Shown piece after piece: positions 24,855 to 36,500 of a DNA stretch of 64,000 nucleotides (the stretch's first letter is position 1; each line of letters begins with the position of its first letter). Location: the NCBI GenBank assembly GCA_036867785.1, contig CP145416.1, positions 558,001 through 622,000 of the forward strand. The letters run 5' to 3'. Origin of the DNA: Plasmodiophora brassicae. Its lineage: Eukaryota. The notes below the pieces were generated by a model. The model had not been told where the DNA came from. It made no database searches and worked only from the letters and a program-made list of their open reading frames with translations. The position numbers and the translations under genes are program-made.

Positions 24855-26020
24855 TTAGAAACAGGATGCGGCAAGAAAACCGGTCAAGGTAGCAGAAAGC
24901 AGGTTGACCTGTCCAGTGATACTGTCAGTAGTTGGCTTTGTAAATTGATGCGACCATTCAGGAGTACATGATCGTTTGAGAGAATGTCCAGCCCGGAAAT
25001 GGGTTTGACGTTCTCGCCGGGGTGATTCACAACCTTGCCCGTGGACTGGTCCAGACCAGAAAACTGAACAGTGCTCCCCAACAGGGAGTCGAGCTATGCA
25101 GAAAGAAACAATCACCATGACTGGATTTGTATCGACTGCATGTGCACACAAGTCCTGACCAGTGATCCCACTACCCCCGACACTGCTCCGATGAGTATTA
25201 CGGCTGGAGATACCTGTGTCGCCAGATACCAGACGATCCCCTGGAATATGCCGCCACAGCAGCTGGCAAGCAACCCGCCAGTCGTGACTACGCAGACGCG
25301 TCTGTCACCTTCTCGCAAGTGGTATTCATCAACGGTGCGCCAAACCTCCACCGTTCGTCCCAGGAGGCACAACCCGACCCGTGACCAGTAGTTTCGGTTG
25401 TTGTCGACAAAGTACACCGAGTTCGCTTGCCCACTAAGACATTCCATCCATTTCAGTACCCATGAATCGGATCCATTGCGCGAACCCCTGACGAACCGTA
25501 TCACCGGCGCAGCAAGCGAAGAACGCATGCACGAACACTTGCATCTGGAGCGACAAACGAGGCGGGTTCGGGTTGAAGTCGATCCCAAACCAGTACGCAT
25601 GAAGAGCGGCAACAACAACAGCACTGAGCGAGTTGCAGAACACTTGGATCGCTGTTCGCCGTCCGCCCTTTCGGAACTCAGACTGAACGACGTTAAGCAA
25701 GTATGTCGTTGACAGTGCATAGTCGCCAACCTCTATCATCTGCTTCCTCTCGCTACCGAGCTTCGTGATTCGAGACGACGACAGGAAGAACGCCATCATC
25801 GCCAGGGCGAACTGATTGCCGGAGAGTATCCTGAGTGTCACACAGTGTTACGATATATTGCCTGAACGGGAACGCAACACCATTACACTACTGTGCCGAC
25901 CAGGATGGCAGCCGCCGCTCCTGAAGTCGACAAGGATCGATTGCGCAGCGACGACGCTGCTAGAATGAGACAAATTGTCAGGGCGACCAAGGTCCGCCAT
26001 GCGACCTCGACGGGACTCAT
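24855..26020 (-). CDS. TMEM19: TMEM19/DUF92 family integral membrane protein, multi-exon
   Basis: SLSTSGAAAAILVG, FFLSSSRITK, GGRRTAIQVFCNS, ACCAGDT, PPGTNGG and ISGLDILSNDHVNLLS. Confidence 0.85.
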
Positions 26021-26495
26021 TGTGGTTTGTCCCGGTGCTGCTCTATCTTCGGAGCACCACGCCTGAACTTGACTACCTATTGGTTATTGCCCATTGCCAT
26101 TGTCGATCCGCTATCACAGACTTCATTCGTTGCAGAACTGGTGGAGCGCCGCTGTATTCAGTGAAAGACGCTTGCTAATAGGCGGGCGCAGCCATTACAA
26201 CTCCTCAATCGATACAAATGATCTGCTGTTTGTTCCCGAATTGTCGCATTGGACAGATGCCAATAGCGATCCCGGATGCTGCAGGCCCTCATGGAGAGCC
26301 CGCTATGTTGCGAGCTCCACATCTAAGATGTCGGTTGCGATAAGCTGCATGAATTATTATAAAACGATGAAAATTAGTTCCCCGGCAACGTGCAGCTGGG
26401 ATCAGTACGGGCCACTGTGCAGAAGAAGGCGGCAGATGATGCATCGCGAGATTCGGAAAAGAGGTCAGTCCCAAGAGCATCGTGAAGGAAAAAGA

Positions 26496-26568
26496 AGGCC
26501 ACGCAGGGAGTCGAACCCTGGTCTACAGATTCAGAGTCTGTCGTGATAACCACCTACACTACACGGCC
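26496..26568 (-). tRNA. tRNA-Gln(CTG)
   Basis: Reverse complement GGCCGTGTAGTGTAGGTGGTTATCACGACAGACTCTGAATCTGTAGACCAGGGTTCGACTCCCTGCGTGGCCT folds as a cloverleaf with anticodon CTG, followed by a T5 Pol III terminator. Confidence 0.95.
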
Positions 26569-26577
26569 CAAATATTT

Positions 26578-26662
26578 TGCCTGCAGCAAGGCTCGAACTT
26601 GCGACCTCAGGATAACTCATTGGATATGAGACCTACGCTACTACCAACTGAGCCATGCAGGC
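26578..26662 (-). tRNA. Elongator tRNA-Met(CAT) with 11-nt intron (26614-26624)
   Basis: Reverse complement GCCTGCATGGCTCAGTTGGTAGTAGCGTAGGTCTCATA[tccaatgagtt]ATCCTGAGGTCGCAAGTTCGAGCCTTGCTGCAGGCA; intron at the canonical 37/38 position. Confidence 0.92.
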
Positions 26663-26956
26663 AAGAACCCGGTGGCAGCGACAGCTGCAGCGAACAAGAC
26701 CTTTCAACAGCGTGAGGCAGATGCGAGACAAGGCAATGGCGGGGACGCTGGATCCAATGAGCAGCAGGTCACGTATAAACCCGGCCTCCACACAGAATCG
26801 TTCCGATAACCGGATGGTGTTCGTTGTCTGATGCCTGCTGGTCATGCATACAACAACAAGGATCCGAAACAAGCGGCTCCTGACATCGAAAGGTCACAGG
26901 TAGAACTGAAGGGAGTTCACCGACAGAGCAGCAAATGCGATAATGGGACGAGCTGG

Positions 26957-27832
26957 TTATTCCTGTCTTGTATTGCCTGCATCACCGTCGTTCAGATCGT
27001 CCGATTCCTCGCCGAACAGCGCCTTTGAATCGAAGTCGTCGGTGACGGCCGGCGTGACATCGATGAGTCGATTGCAGGCGGAAACGATGTCGGCGACTGA
27101 GACCCGACCGCGCTCATTGATGAACTCAGCAACCTGGTCGAACTGTTCCCGGGAGACGTAGATATACTTGCCACGATCGTCCACGACGCCCGACAGCCTA
27201 CCGTCGGCTTCCAGGTCCTTGATACGGTCCAGAACGTTCTGCGCCGAACCCATCTCGAACCGCACTGCAAGTTCTTCGATGGCAACCATCTTCCTGTCCT
27301 TGATGTGCTGGACAAACGCCTCGAGAAGATCGGCACCGGCGAAATCTTCCGTGTCGGCAACACCGGTCCCGGCTTCTTCTTCGACAATCAGATCTTTCCA
27401 TTGATCATACTCAGCTTCAACTCGTTTCGCTTCCGCCTGTCGCTTGGCTTCTCGCTCAGCAGCCGCAGCGGCTTCCTTCGCTTGGCGGGCGGCCTCTTTG
27501 GCAGCCATCTTCTCCTCATATTTGGTGGGGCCGGCAGACTCAGCGGGAGGAGCCGCCCTTGCCGCCTACCAATCCAGTTAGTTCCATCATATGATGGGCA
27601 CACCACCGAATCGTACACGTCGATTATCGCCATCGGCCTGCTGCATCATGTCTCGCAGGCCACGACGTTGTCGCCGTCCGCCGCCAGCGGGCGCCTCCTC
27701 CGCTGCGGGTGCCGACGAACCCTGCCGGCGTATCCATACGATCGCCGCGATGACAACAGCGAACATCGCCGTGAAGTACGTCAGCAGCAGCGCCAGCGAC
27801 GACGTGCCGTCGGCTCCGTCCGCGGAAGCCAT
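26957..27832 (-). CDS. DDRGK1: DDRGK domain-containing protein 1 (UFM1 pathway adaptor)
   Basis: N-terminal TM anchor, charged helix and PCI-like domain with GRLSGVVDDRGKYIYVS. Confidence 0.93.
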
Positions 27833-28029
27833 CCCGGAACACGGTCTCCGCGAGCGCCAGCCACGTCCCCTATAGCCTACAGGTGACAAGTGCCCCGGTC
27901 CAACAGCAAATGTGATATAACTAATGAGCGTAGCCGACATGGAATTGGGCATAAAGAGTACACTCGGACAGATGGGGGTCATGGCGCCCGCGCGAATAAC
28001 CCAATCGAGTGGCGGGTGCCTTCACCCGG

Positions 28030-29137
28030 ATGGTCGAGCCGGAGAGCGGCTCGCAGCGGCAAACTGTGCGACTGCGCATCATGGAGGCGCGCGTGTTCGA
28101 TAGGATCGTGAAGGAGCTCGCGGGCAGCGATGCGCCGCGGGCAGCGTTGCATCGCCTGGCGGAGGAATGGCCTGAGTATGTGTGTGTGCGCCATCGTGAG
28201 TATCGTGCGCGGCCGGGCCTTGTCTGATACGTTGGAGCCAGCGTGCCCTACGAAACGCTAGTCGCAATCTACACGCAGACGTATCAGTTGCAAACTCGAA
28301 TGAGAATGCACGTGCATAAGCGCCAAACCAACATCGACTCGTACGTGCAAAGGTAGGCAACATCTTGTTGTGTCTCTGCGGCTACGCCCTAAATTCTCGC
28401 CGTGCAGGTACCAAGAAGGCGAAGAGCTGATATCAATTGCGAAGTCCATCGACTTAGCGCCATGCCTCTTGGCGCGAATCATTCTACGGGAGACCTTATC
28501 CATGTCACCGAAAGGTCCATCCGCCCGTCTTTCAACCGACTTGTCTGACGATCCGGCAGACATTACACAGTGCCTACGTGAGCCTGCCCTTGTCGATGAC
28601 GAACGACTACGAAACCAACTCGTCCGCTGCGTCGAAAGCGATGAGCACTATTCCCCATCGTCGGAGCGCATTCGAAGGTTGGTGTCACACGTCCCATTGA
28701 CTGGTGAACGTTATTCATGATCCTCCTACTGTAGCGCCCTTGGTCTTGAGTACGAATTTGTTTTGTACGAATCGCTGTTCAACACCGGCGTCCCGTTTGA
28801 TTCCGAAGATGACCTTCGTCGGGAAGGACGCCCAAAGACTCCTGATGTTCGATTGCGCTCCCCAATCGGTTCGTGCGTTTGCGTTCGTATTCCGTCCCCG
28901 CTGAAGATGTTCGCAGCAGTGCGAGGACGAATCGTAAACTGGATCGATTCCAAGGCGATGTTCGGTGACGTCAGAACGTTGGCGGATTGCCAGAATCAAG
29001 TTCGAGGCTATGTCCATCGTTACGGCCCGGGAATGATAATCTTCTGGTTCGGTTACGTGCAGGAGGTGGACTCGGATCCCGACATTATTCTCTCGCATGG
29101 GTTCCCCGATCTAAATGATGTAAAATGCGTTTGCTGA
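28030..29137 (+). CDS. CDIN1: CDAN1-interacting nuclease 1 (C15orf41/TPD-domain), multi-exon
   Basis: APCLLARIIL, LRREGRPKTPDVRL, NWIDSKAMFGD and YVHRYGPGMIIFWFGY. Start could instead be 28081. Confidence 0.88.
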
Positions 29138-29180
29138 CGACATTGAAACCCCCGGTATAACGGCAATGTATGCAACGCGA

Positions 29181-31050
29181 CTACGACAGCAGCTGCTGGA
29201 TGAGAACCTTGTCGACTTTGCCCATTGGATTCCTAGGCAGCTCTTCCAATATCCTGATTCGTCTTGGGAGTTTGTAGGGCGGCAGACGCGACGCGATCCA
29301 TTGCCTGACAATGTCGACAGGCAATGACGTGACGACCGCGGCTGCGATCACATCTCCATATGTGGTGTTTGGCAGGCCAACAACGGCACAATCGGTGATC
29401 TCTGAAGACTGGTCAGGTAAGGCGCATCCGGCGAATAGGCCTTGTCCGAACCTGGATGAACGCGTAGCTCGCGTTCAACTTCGAGGGCGCTGACTTTGTA
29501 CCCTGCCGTTTTCAGGATGTCCATGCTGGCGCGACCAACGATCCGGTAATCTTCTTCACTGTTGACCGAGGCGATGTCCCCTGTCCGAAACCAGCCGTCG
29601 CTGTCGAACGCCTCAGCAGTGGCGTCTCCGTTGCCAAAGTATTGCTTGCAGACGGTTGGGCCACGAACGAGAAGTTCTCCGCACTGGACAGCGTTCTTGT
29701 CCAGCTGCCTAGAGGCCTTGTCAGGTTTGATGCACACCTGCCCACAACGTTTGCCGGGGTCACAACGACGCCTCCGGATCAGGTAGCGAACCTACCTCAA
29801 CAGAGGGCAGTGGCTTGCCCACGAACCCTGCGAGACGCTGACCGTGCAACGGGTTGGACAGAACCATGCCTGTCTCTGTCATCCCGTATCGCTCCAGGAG
29901 CGTATGTCCCGTAATGGACCGCTGCACGATATATCATATAGAGTTGGCAGCAAAGCCCATACACCGATACGTACCCAACGCTCGAGTACCGTATCTGGAA
30001 GTGCTGCACTTCCACTGATCATGACCCGGAACCGCTGACACGCTTCCCTGCATTGCGCCTGTTTCGTTTCATCCATCTGGACTATGGCAGTGAGACTCAT
30101 TCGCGAAGGAGACCAGACAGAGCCGTCACCTTATCGAATGCATCGATCAGTTTCGCGTACATTGTCGGCACAGCCATGAAGACGTTGACACCAAGGTTCC
30201 TGTCGCAGAAGGCCCTCCAGACGGCGTCTGCCTTGAACTCAGCGAATGAGACACGGCCACCCGCCCACAGAATGCACTCCATCGCGTTCACGATTCCGTG
30301 AATGTGGTGCAACGGCAGGCAATGCAGAATGTGGTCATTCGAAGTGATGTCCCACGCCGAGAGAAGGGACCCGATCTGCGCCTTGATATTGTCGTGCGTC
30401 ACGTCAACCGCTTTCGGCAACCCTGTCGTACCGCTTGTGAACAGCAACTGAGCTGTCGCTGAGCCATCCACAGTGACATCCTCGTCGTCTTTGTCGTAAT
30501 CGGGCGGTTCGGTAGTGGAATCGATCAGGAGATCCACCGAATCCTCTACGCGAATGCCCTGATGATCTGCAACGACGATCTTCGCACCCGTAACTCTGGC
30601 GACATGCTCGACCATGTTCCGTGGCGTCTTGGTGAACAGCGGGACAATGACGCCTCGCGACCGCCAGATGGCCCAGCGGCACGCCACATGCCAAGGACCG
30701 GGTTGCACCGACAGAATCACGGGCTGCCCGCCCAGATCGCAGTTCAGGGCCTTCGTCCTGCGAAGCAACCCAATGGCGCGTTGCAGTTGCGGGCGACGCC
30801 AGCCGTCAACCTGGCACTGCGGGAGACGCGACCCGGCCCACGCCCAGGACGACATCCGTCCGCTTGGCCCGAGAACTCGCGCAATGCGTCCAGGGAGCTG
30901 CAGACATCAGTCGGAGCTGCATGAGGGATCCACAGTCGGAGCTGCATTAGGGATCCGCAGTCGGGGCTGCATTAGGGATCCACAGTCGGAGCTGGAACAC
31001 GTATCGCCAGTCAGAGCTGCATGTACGTAGGCCCAGAGTGAGAGCTGCAT
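29181..31050 (-). CDS. Malonyl-CoA synthetase-like acyl-activating enzyme (ACSF3/AAE13-like), multi-exon
   Basis: AMP-binding [60 protein letters not shown] and [11 protein letters not shown]. Confidence 0.88.
30908..30994. repeat. 25-bp minisatellite, ~3.5 copies, probably intronic
   Basis: Unit cagtcggagctgcat(g/t)agggatcc(a/g) starts at 30908, 30933, 30958 and 30983. Confidence 0.9.
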
Positions 31051-31293
31051 CCAGTCGTCCCAGTTAGGCCGCGGTCCGACAGAAGAAACCCGAGCTGGTC
31101 GTCTCAGGGAAACGGAGCATTTCGGTCCAACACCAATCACACAGTCACAGAGTCGCACAAACCGAGGCACAAGGTCCGACGTTCAGGGGCCTACTGTAGG
31201 TACTGTACTGGTATGTCGGGCACCGCCAACCAACAGCGGCTTCAGTGACGGTGCCCGAAAATAGTTGTTGGCATTGCTGGGCGGGAGGTGCCC

Positions 31294-31744
31294 ATGGAAA
31301 GCACCATCGACGAACAGGAGTCTGGCGAGCATAACGCACCCGGCCGATCCAAGAAACTTCGGAAGAGCGACCTCCCGCAGCCTCAGTGGACGGCCGAGAT
31401 GACACAGACTGCGCCGGAGACGCGGTATCATTTCGTGGACATGGTCATGACCCCGAATGGCAACTCGGCCGGGTTGTCAAGAGCGTGAGATCACTGCACG
31501 AACGCGTTCAACGTCGAATGCATACGCAATGCACCGAACCATCGCGTTGTCACCAGTCACCACGCAACAGTTCGAAGACAACATCAACCTGCTGCGGAAG
31601 GATCTTGTCTTTGAACTGTTCCGTTTGGATCATTGCGTATGCACTCGACGTTGAACGCGTTCGATCGCGGCCCAACAGGGCGGAAAGAACGCCCAGCGGG
31701 GATTCTCGGTACCTACCGTACTGCCAATATATGTTTACTGTTAG
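31294..31744 (+). CDS. Possible small hypothetical protein (multi-exon)
   Basis: Protein-like segments MESTIDEQ..PQWTAEM..RYHFVD, FEDNINLLRKDLVFELF and RGFSVPTVLPIYVYC. Splice phases not resolved. Confidence 0.35.
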
Positions 31745-33384
31745 AGTTTTGCTGGCGGTTGGACAGTGCTTGGTGGTACTGATATGGACGATGACTCGGC
31801 GTTGTTGGCAGGCGCGAAAAGAGGTGCAAGAACCTGCCGGAGATGACGGTGCGATTTCGATTTGGGGGTCCACGCTTGGAACGCGCCGTGGAGGTCAGCG
31901 AGGTGGAACGACGGGTCGCCGGCAGCGCCGTCCAGGAGGAATCGCAGACGGGATCGGATGAAGTACGCGTTGAGGTCCGATTCGAAAAACGACGAGTTCA
32001 TGTACGTCGCCCAGTGGGCGCTCGTATGCTCGGCCAACGTAGCACGATGCGACGCTGAGTTGCTAGCCGGCGGACGCAGAATCCATTCGGCAGCGAGATC
32101 GTACACGCTTTGGCACGCATGGATCAGCGAATGCGATCCGCTGAGATGCAGAAATTTGCCCCGGAAGAACCCGCTAAGATGGGGAAGGAGGTCGGCGTGT
32201 TCTGGACGCGTATTTCGCCATTGCAAACAGAACCGAACCAGCAAACCGGGGAACGTATCCACCTCTGACTCGTCGGGAAAGAAGATGGCACGCAGCAGGT
32301 TAGGATGACTTGACACCGAATGCAACGATGATGAGAAGAGCGGGACAACGTTGTCCATGTATGCCGCAAATGCAACGACTCTGACCTGTCGCCAGCGCGT
32401 CAGGGTTGCACGAAGAGCGCATGTCATGCAACGTACGTGGTTGTCCAGCAGACGGGTGATTGCCTGCAGAGAGCGTTCCGACACAACTTCATACGGCTTC
32501 CCCAGCGCAAACAGCTCGGCCGTCGCGGCGAACTGGTCCGTTGGCAGATCTGAAAATGGGCCATGATGGACACCGGCGATACTGGCAAGGCCAATGATTG
32601 CCTGCTTCAAAGGCGATATCCAGTCGCGTTCCATCAGCCTGTCCAGAAGGACCCCGGCAAGAACCGCTGTAAATTGCACGTCAGCCACCATCGGTGACGT
32701 TAGATTGCGCCAACCTACCGCCTTGCGAATGGGACGCAATGATCAGTATATCGCATGAACGGATTGCGTCTTCGTGTTCAGGGAGTTGGTCCATGAGATA
32801 ATCCTGCAACCTGATGCGGACGCGTCAACGGCGAGTCCAGACCGACGGGACGCGATACCAACCTGGCGTCAACCAGCCCATGTCCGCTCAAACTGACATG
32901 CTGGATCGATATTTCATGGTTGATGCCGGCTTCACGAAGGCGCTGCATCGTGGCGTCGCCCATCATACGTGCGAGCTTGGTGGACATCGCGTCCGGCGAC
33001 CAACTAAACATTCGCCCACCGAAGAGCGCCCAGCCGTGAACACCTGTCGTCGCACCATTAGATCCACGTTAGCACAACTCGGTCGCGCTTCCCAGGACGA
33101 ACCAATAACAAGCACCTTCTTCACGGATTGTAACCGTTCATGGTGCAGGACGTCCCTGGACGGCAACGGCCCATTGAAGAGCACCTCGTAGATCCACCGC
33201 GCCACCGTGGTGCCCACGTTCCATCTGGTGCCCACGACTCCACTACCCCTGCACGAACCACTCAGACACGGGGCACACACTCGTCACGACGCCTGCGTCG
33301 AGGTCGACACGCGCACCGGTACGGCAAGTACCCCGGGGCGATGACCACGCCTCGGTCACCTGGGTGTCCCGGTGGTCGTGTCAT
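31741..33384 (-). CDS. Conserved uncharacterised alpha/beta-hydrolase-like protein (YML020W-like), multi-exon
   Basis: KKVLVIG, LSGHGLVDAR, LASIAGVHHGPF and VVAFAAYMDNVVPLFSS resemble the fungal YML020W family. Confidence 0.6.
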
Positions 33385-33564
33385 GCAACCGACCAGCCGA
33401 TCATGAAGCAACGCGGGTCCGCCACCGAGATCGGCACGCCGCCGTTTATGGCCGTCGGCGGCTGGATTGAACGCCGAACGTTGACGTAACGTACGTACCG
33501 GTGCCCACCTGGGCACGCTTGCTACTGGGTATTTACACAAACGCCGTTAATTTATATCACCCGA

Positions 33565-36500
33565 TTAGATGCAGGTGAGCTCGGGTAGGAATATGGGCGG
33601 GGACGCTGTCAAGGTGCTGTCGAGCTCGTTGTCGACGCTGGGCTCCTTGAGAGCAGTCACCTTGCGGATGTCGGCGTCGGTGATGAGGGGAGCGTACGCG
33701 GTCACGATGCCGGCGATGCGATCGCGATCCTGGTAGCTGGCCTCGAACGACGCTCGACCTTCATCGATATGCGCCGTCAGCAACTCGCCGAACGATTGCT
33801 GCGTGGTCCGGTCGCCCTGGCGAACCATCTCCTCGACGGCGGTCACCAGCAGCTCCACGACGCTGCGAACGTCTTCGCGATTGCGCCCTCCGGCTGCCCC
33901 GTCGTTCACCGACAATTCGTCCGGAAGCGCCAGCGCATTCGGCCACTGCTGCCATCGAGGCGCTCCTCGCATCAGGTTGCCATCCGCACGCAGCAACGTC
34001 GACGTTAACGACGAGAACGCGGCCCGCAGGCTGACCGCCGTGCCACGAACGGTCACCTTCCAGGTGCGCTCCGGCGCCATCAGCGAGATCGTGAAGTGGA
34101 ACCTGCCCGCGTACGACTCGTCGGCGCGAACTCGTACGCGAAGCGAGTCCTTGTTCAGCGGGGCGATGGCCAGGGATTCCGGGGCCACCAGGACGGTGAA
34201 ACCCGGATCCAGGCCTTGGGGCGACGCGCGAATCGACAATGGCACATCGCCGACGTTCGCCAGTGGCAGCTGCGCCTGACGCCAGTACCCGGCAGGGCAG
34301 TCGCCTATATCTGTGAGCGCGCCCGTTACCTTCAGAACATGGGCACTGCTGATCCGAGGACGACGGGCGACCCACCTAGTTCCGGCGCGGTGTCGAGTCG
34401 AAGGACGCCGCCGATCCCGTTGAGTTGCACCTCTCGATAGCGACCCTTGCTCTCGATGACGACGGTGCCCGTGTACCGTTTGAACTCCTTGGGCTCGAAG
34501 CGAACGCGGACGATGACGGATTCGCCTTCGGCCAGCGACCCCTTGCGCGGCGCGACGTGGAACCCTTCCTCGACGGCCGGGTTCGTCCAGCGTATGCCGA
34601 CCCTGCTTCGGTTGATGACTTTGAAGCGCTGCTCGTAGACGTGGTTGATGGCGCCGACGCCGAAGTCGAGGTACGCGTTCGAGATGGTGAACCGGGGGTA
34701 GGCGCCGCGCCCTTTCAGGTTGATGTCGACGATGCCGAGGTTCGTGTGCGCCTTGATGGTCGACCGCAGGCTATACCCGCCAGACGGCACCCAGGTCACC
34801 GTGAACCTCTGCCGCGAGTTGCCCGCGATGGACCCGTTGGTCGGCGCGATCCGAACCGGGAACGTCGCCTTCATGCGGTACGTTAGCGGGAACCCGCCCG
34901 TGTTCTCGATCACGAACGTTTCCGTTGCCGCTTCCCCGACCAGGCAATCGCCAAAGTCCACGCGCTGGAACTTGGCCTTGTCGATGACGGGCGTATCGCA
35001 CTGGCCACGAACCCGGATGAAGTGTCGCTGGCCTTCGACCTGCGTCTCCAGGCACAGCTCGTCGTCGAAGCTTGTCAACGTCGTCAGCGTCGTCTTGATC
35101 GTGATCTCGACGTCGCGGTTCGGGACGAGGAGCCCACGCCACCGGGACAGGGAGAAGCCGAGCACGTCCTGGTCGCGCGACGAATGAATGCGGAACGCGA
35201 CCGCGATCGTGCCCGTGTTGCGGATCGTGATCGTGCGGCTGCAGGTGTACCCTTGCTGGAACTGGCCAAAGTCGACCTCGTCGGTGTCGACCGACACAAT
35301 GGCGGTGCCGGTCATCACCGGGATCGGGACGTCGTTCTCCGAGAAGATCGACGACATGTGCATCAGGACCTGCGTGTCACATTCGCGGCTGGCCTTGTAC
35401 GAGAACGAGATGTGGCGCTGCTCGAACGGCGCCAGGACGAGGTCGGTCGCCTCGAGCTTGAAATCGCCCGTCAGCGGCGTCGTCAGGCCACCTGGCTCGA
35501 CAATCGACAGCTGCAGCGGGTACTCGAGGTCGCTGATGTTCGTGATGATCATCTCGCGCCTGTACACGTTGCCGACGATCGTGTTCGCCAGGTCGACGTT
35601 CTGCGCCTGGAACGACAGCAGCGCTTCGCGCCCGGTCCCCATGAGCTCGATCGGGACGATGCGCGTGTCGGTCTCGATGACGACCCGCCCCCTGAACACG
35701 TCCTCGCTCTGGGGCATGAACTCGACGTTCAGGTCAAAGTACGCGCCCGGGTCGATCATGAACCGGGTGACGGGCCAGCTCGCCCCCTTGCTGAACACCA
35801 TCGTCTGGTCCAGCATGCACCTGACGACCGGCAGCTGGGCGTTGCCCGTGTTGAACAGTCGAATCGAGCGCTTGGCGACCCGCCCCTGAACGCGCGCACA
35901 GCAGCAGTCAGATGCACTGAGCGTCAGCACCCGTTCGACGACAGTGCTGTCGGTACCGCCATGCATCGCCCAAAGTCGAACCGTTCAAACGACGCAATGT
36001 GCAACTTAGGGACGCCACCGGCGCCGTCGAACGGGATCACGATCGCGTCGGTGCTGTCCGTCTCGATGGTGATCGGCGAGCGTTGCCATTCCTCGTCGAC
36101 AGGACGGAACTGGAACGTGACGACGCACGTGTCCTCGGCCTCGACGAGGCCCTCGCCGGGCGTCACCGTCAGGCCAAAGTTCCGATGGCGAACGGCGAAC
36201 TTGATGGGCAGCAGGCCGTTATTCGTCAGCGTACGCGTGACGGTCTCCATGGTGCCCAGCGAGATGCGACCAAAGCTCAGTGGCCCGGCGTTGTCGATCG
36301 TCATCTTGGCGCTCATCGGTCGCGCCGCCACCGACAGGGCGTACTCGTCGCAGCCGAGCAGGTCGGGCGTCACGAGCAACGCGCCCACGAACGCATCCGA
36401 CGGCGGGAACGACGCCCGAATCGACAGCGTCACGGGAACGTCGACGTCGAGCGTGACGCGAGCGGGGCTAACGGCGAGCTGGCCCCGTTGGCCAGCAGGG

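Noticed and set aside
30908-30994. Short direct repeats as a possible CRISPR array
   Set aside because: Units are contiguous with no unique spacers, no cas genes are present, and the context is a eukaryotic intron.
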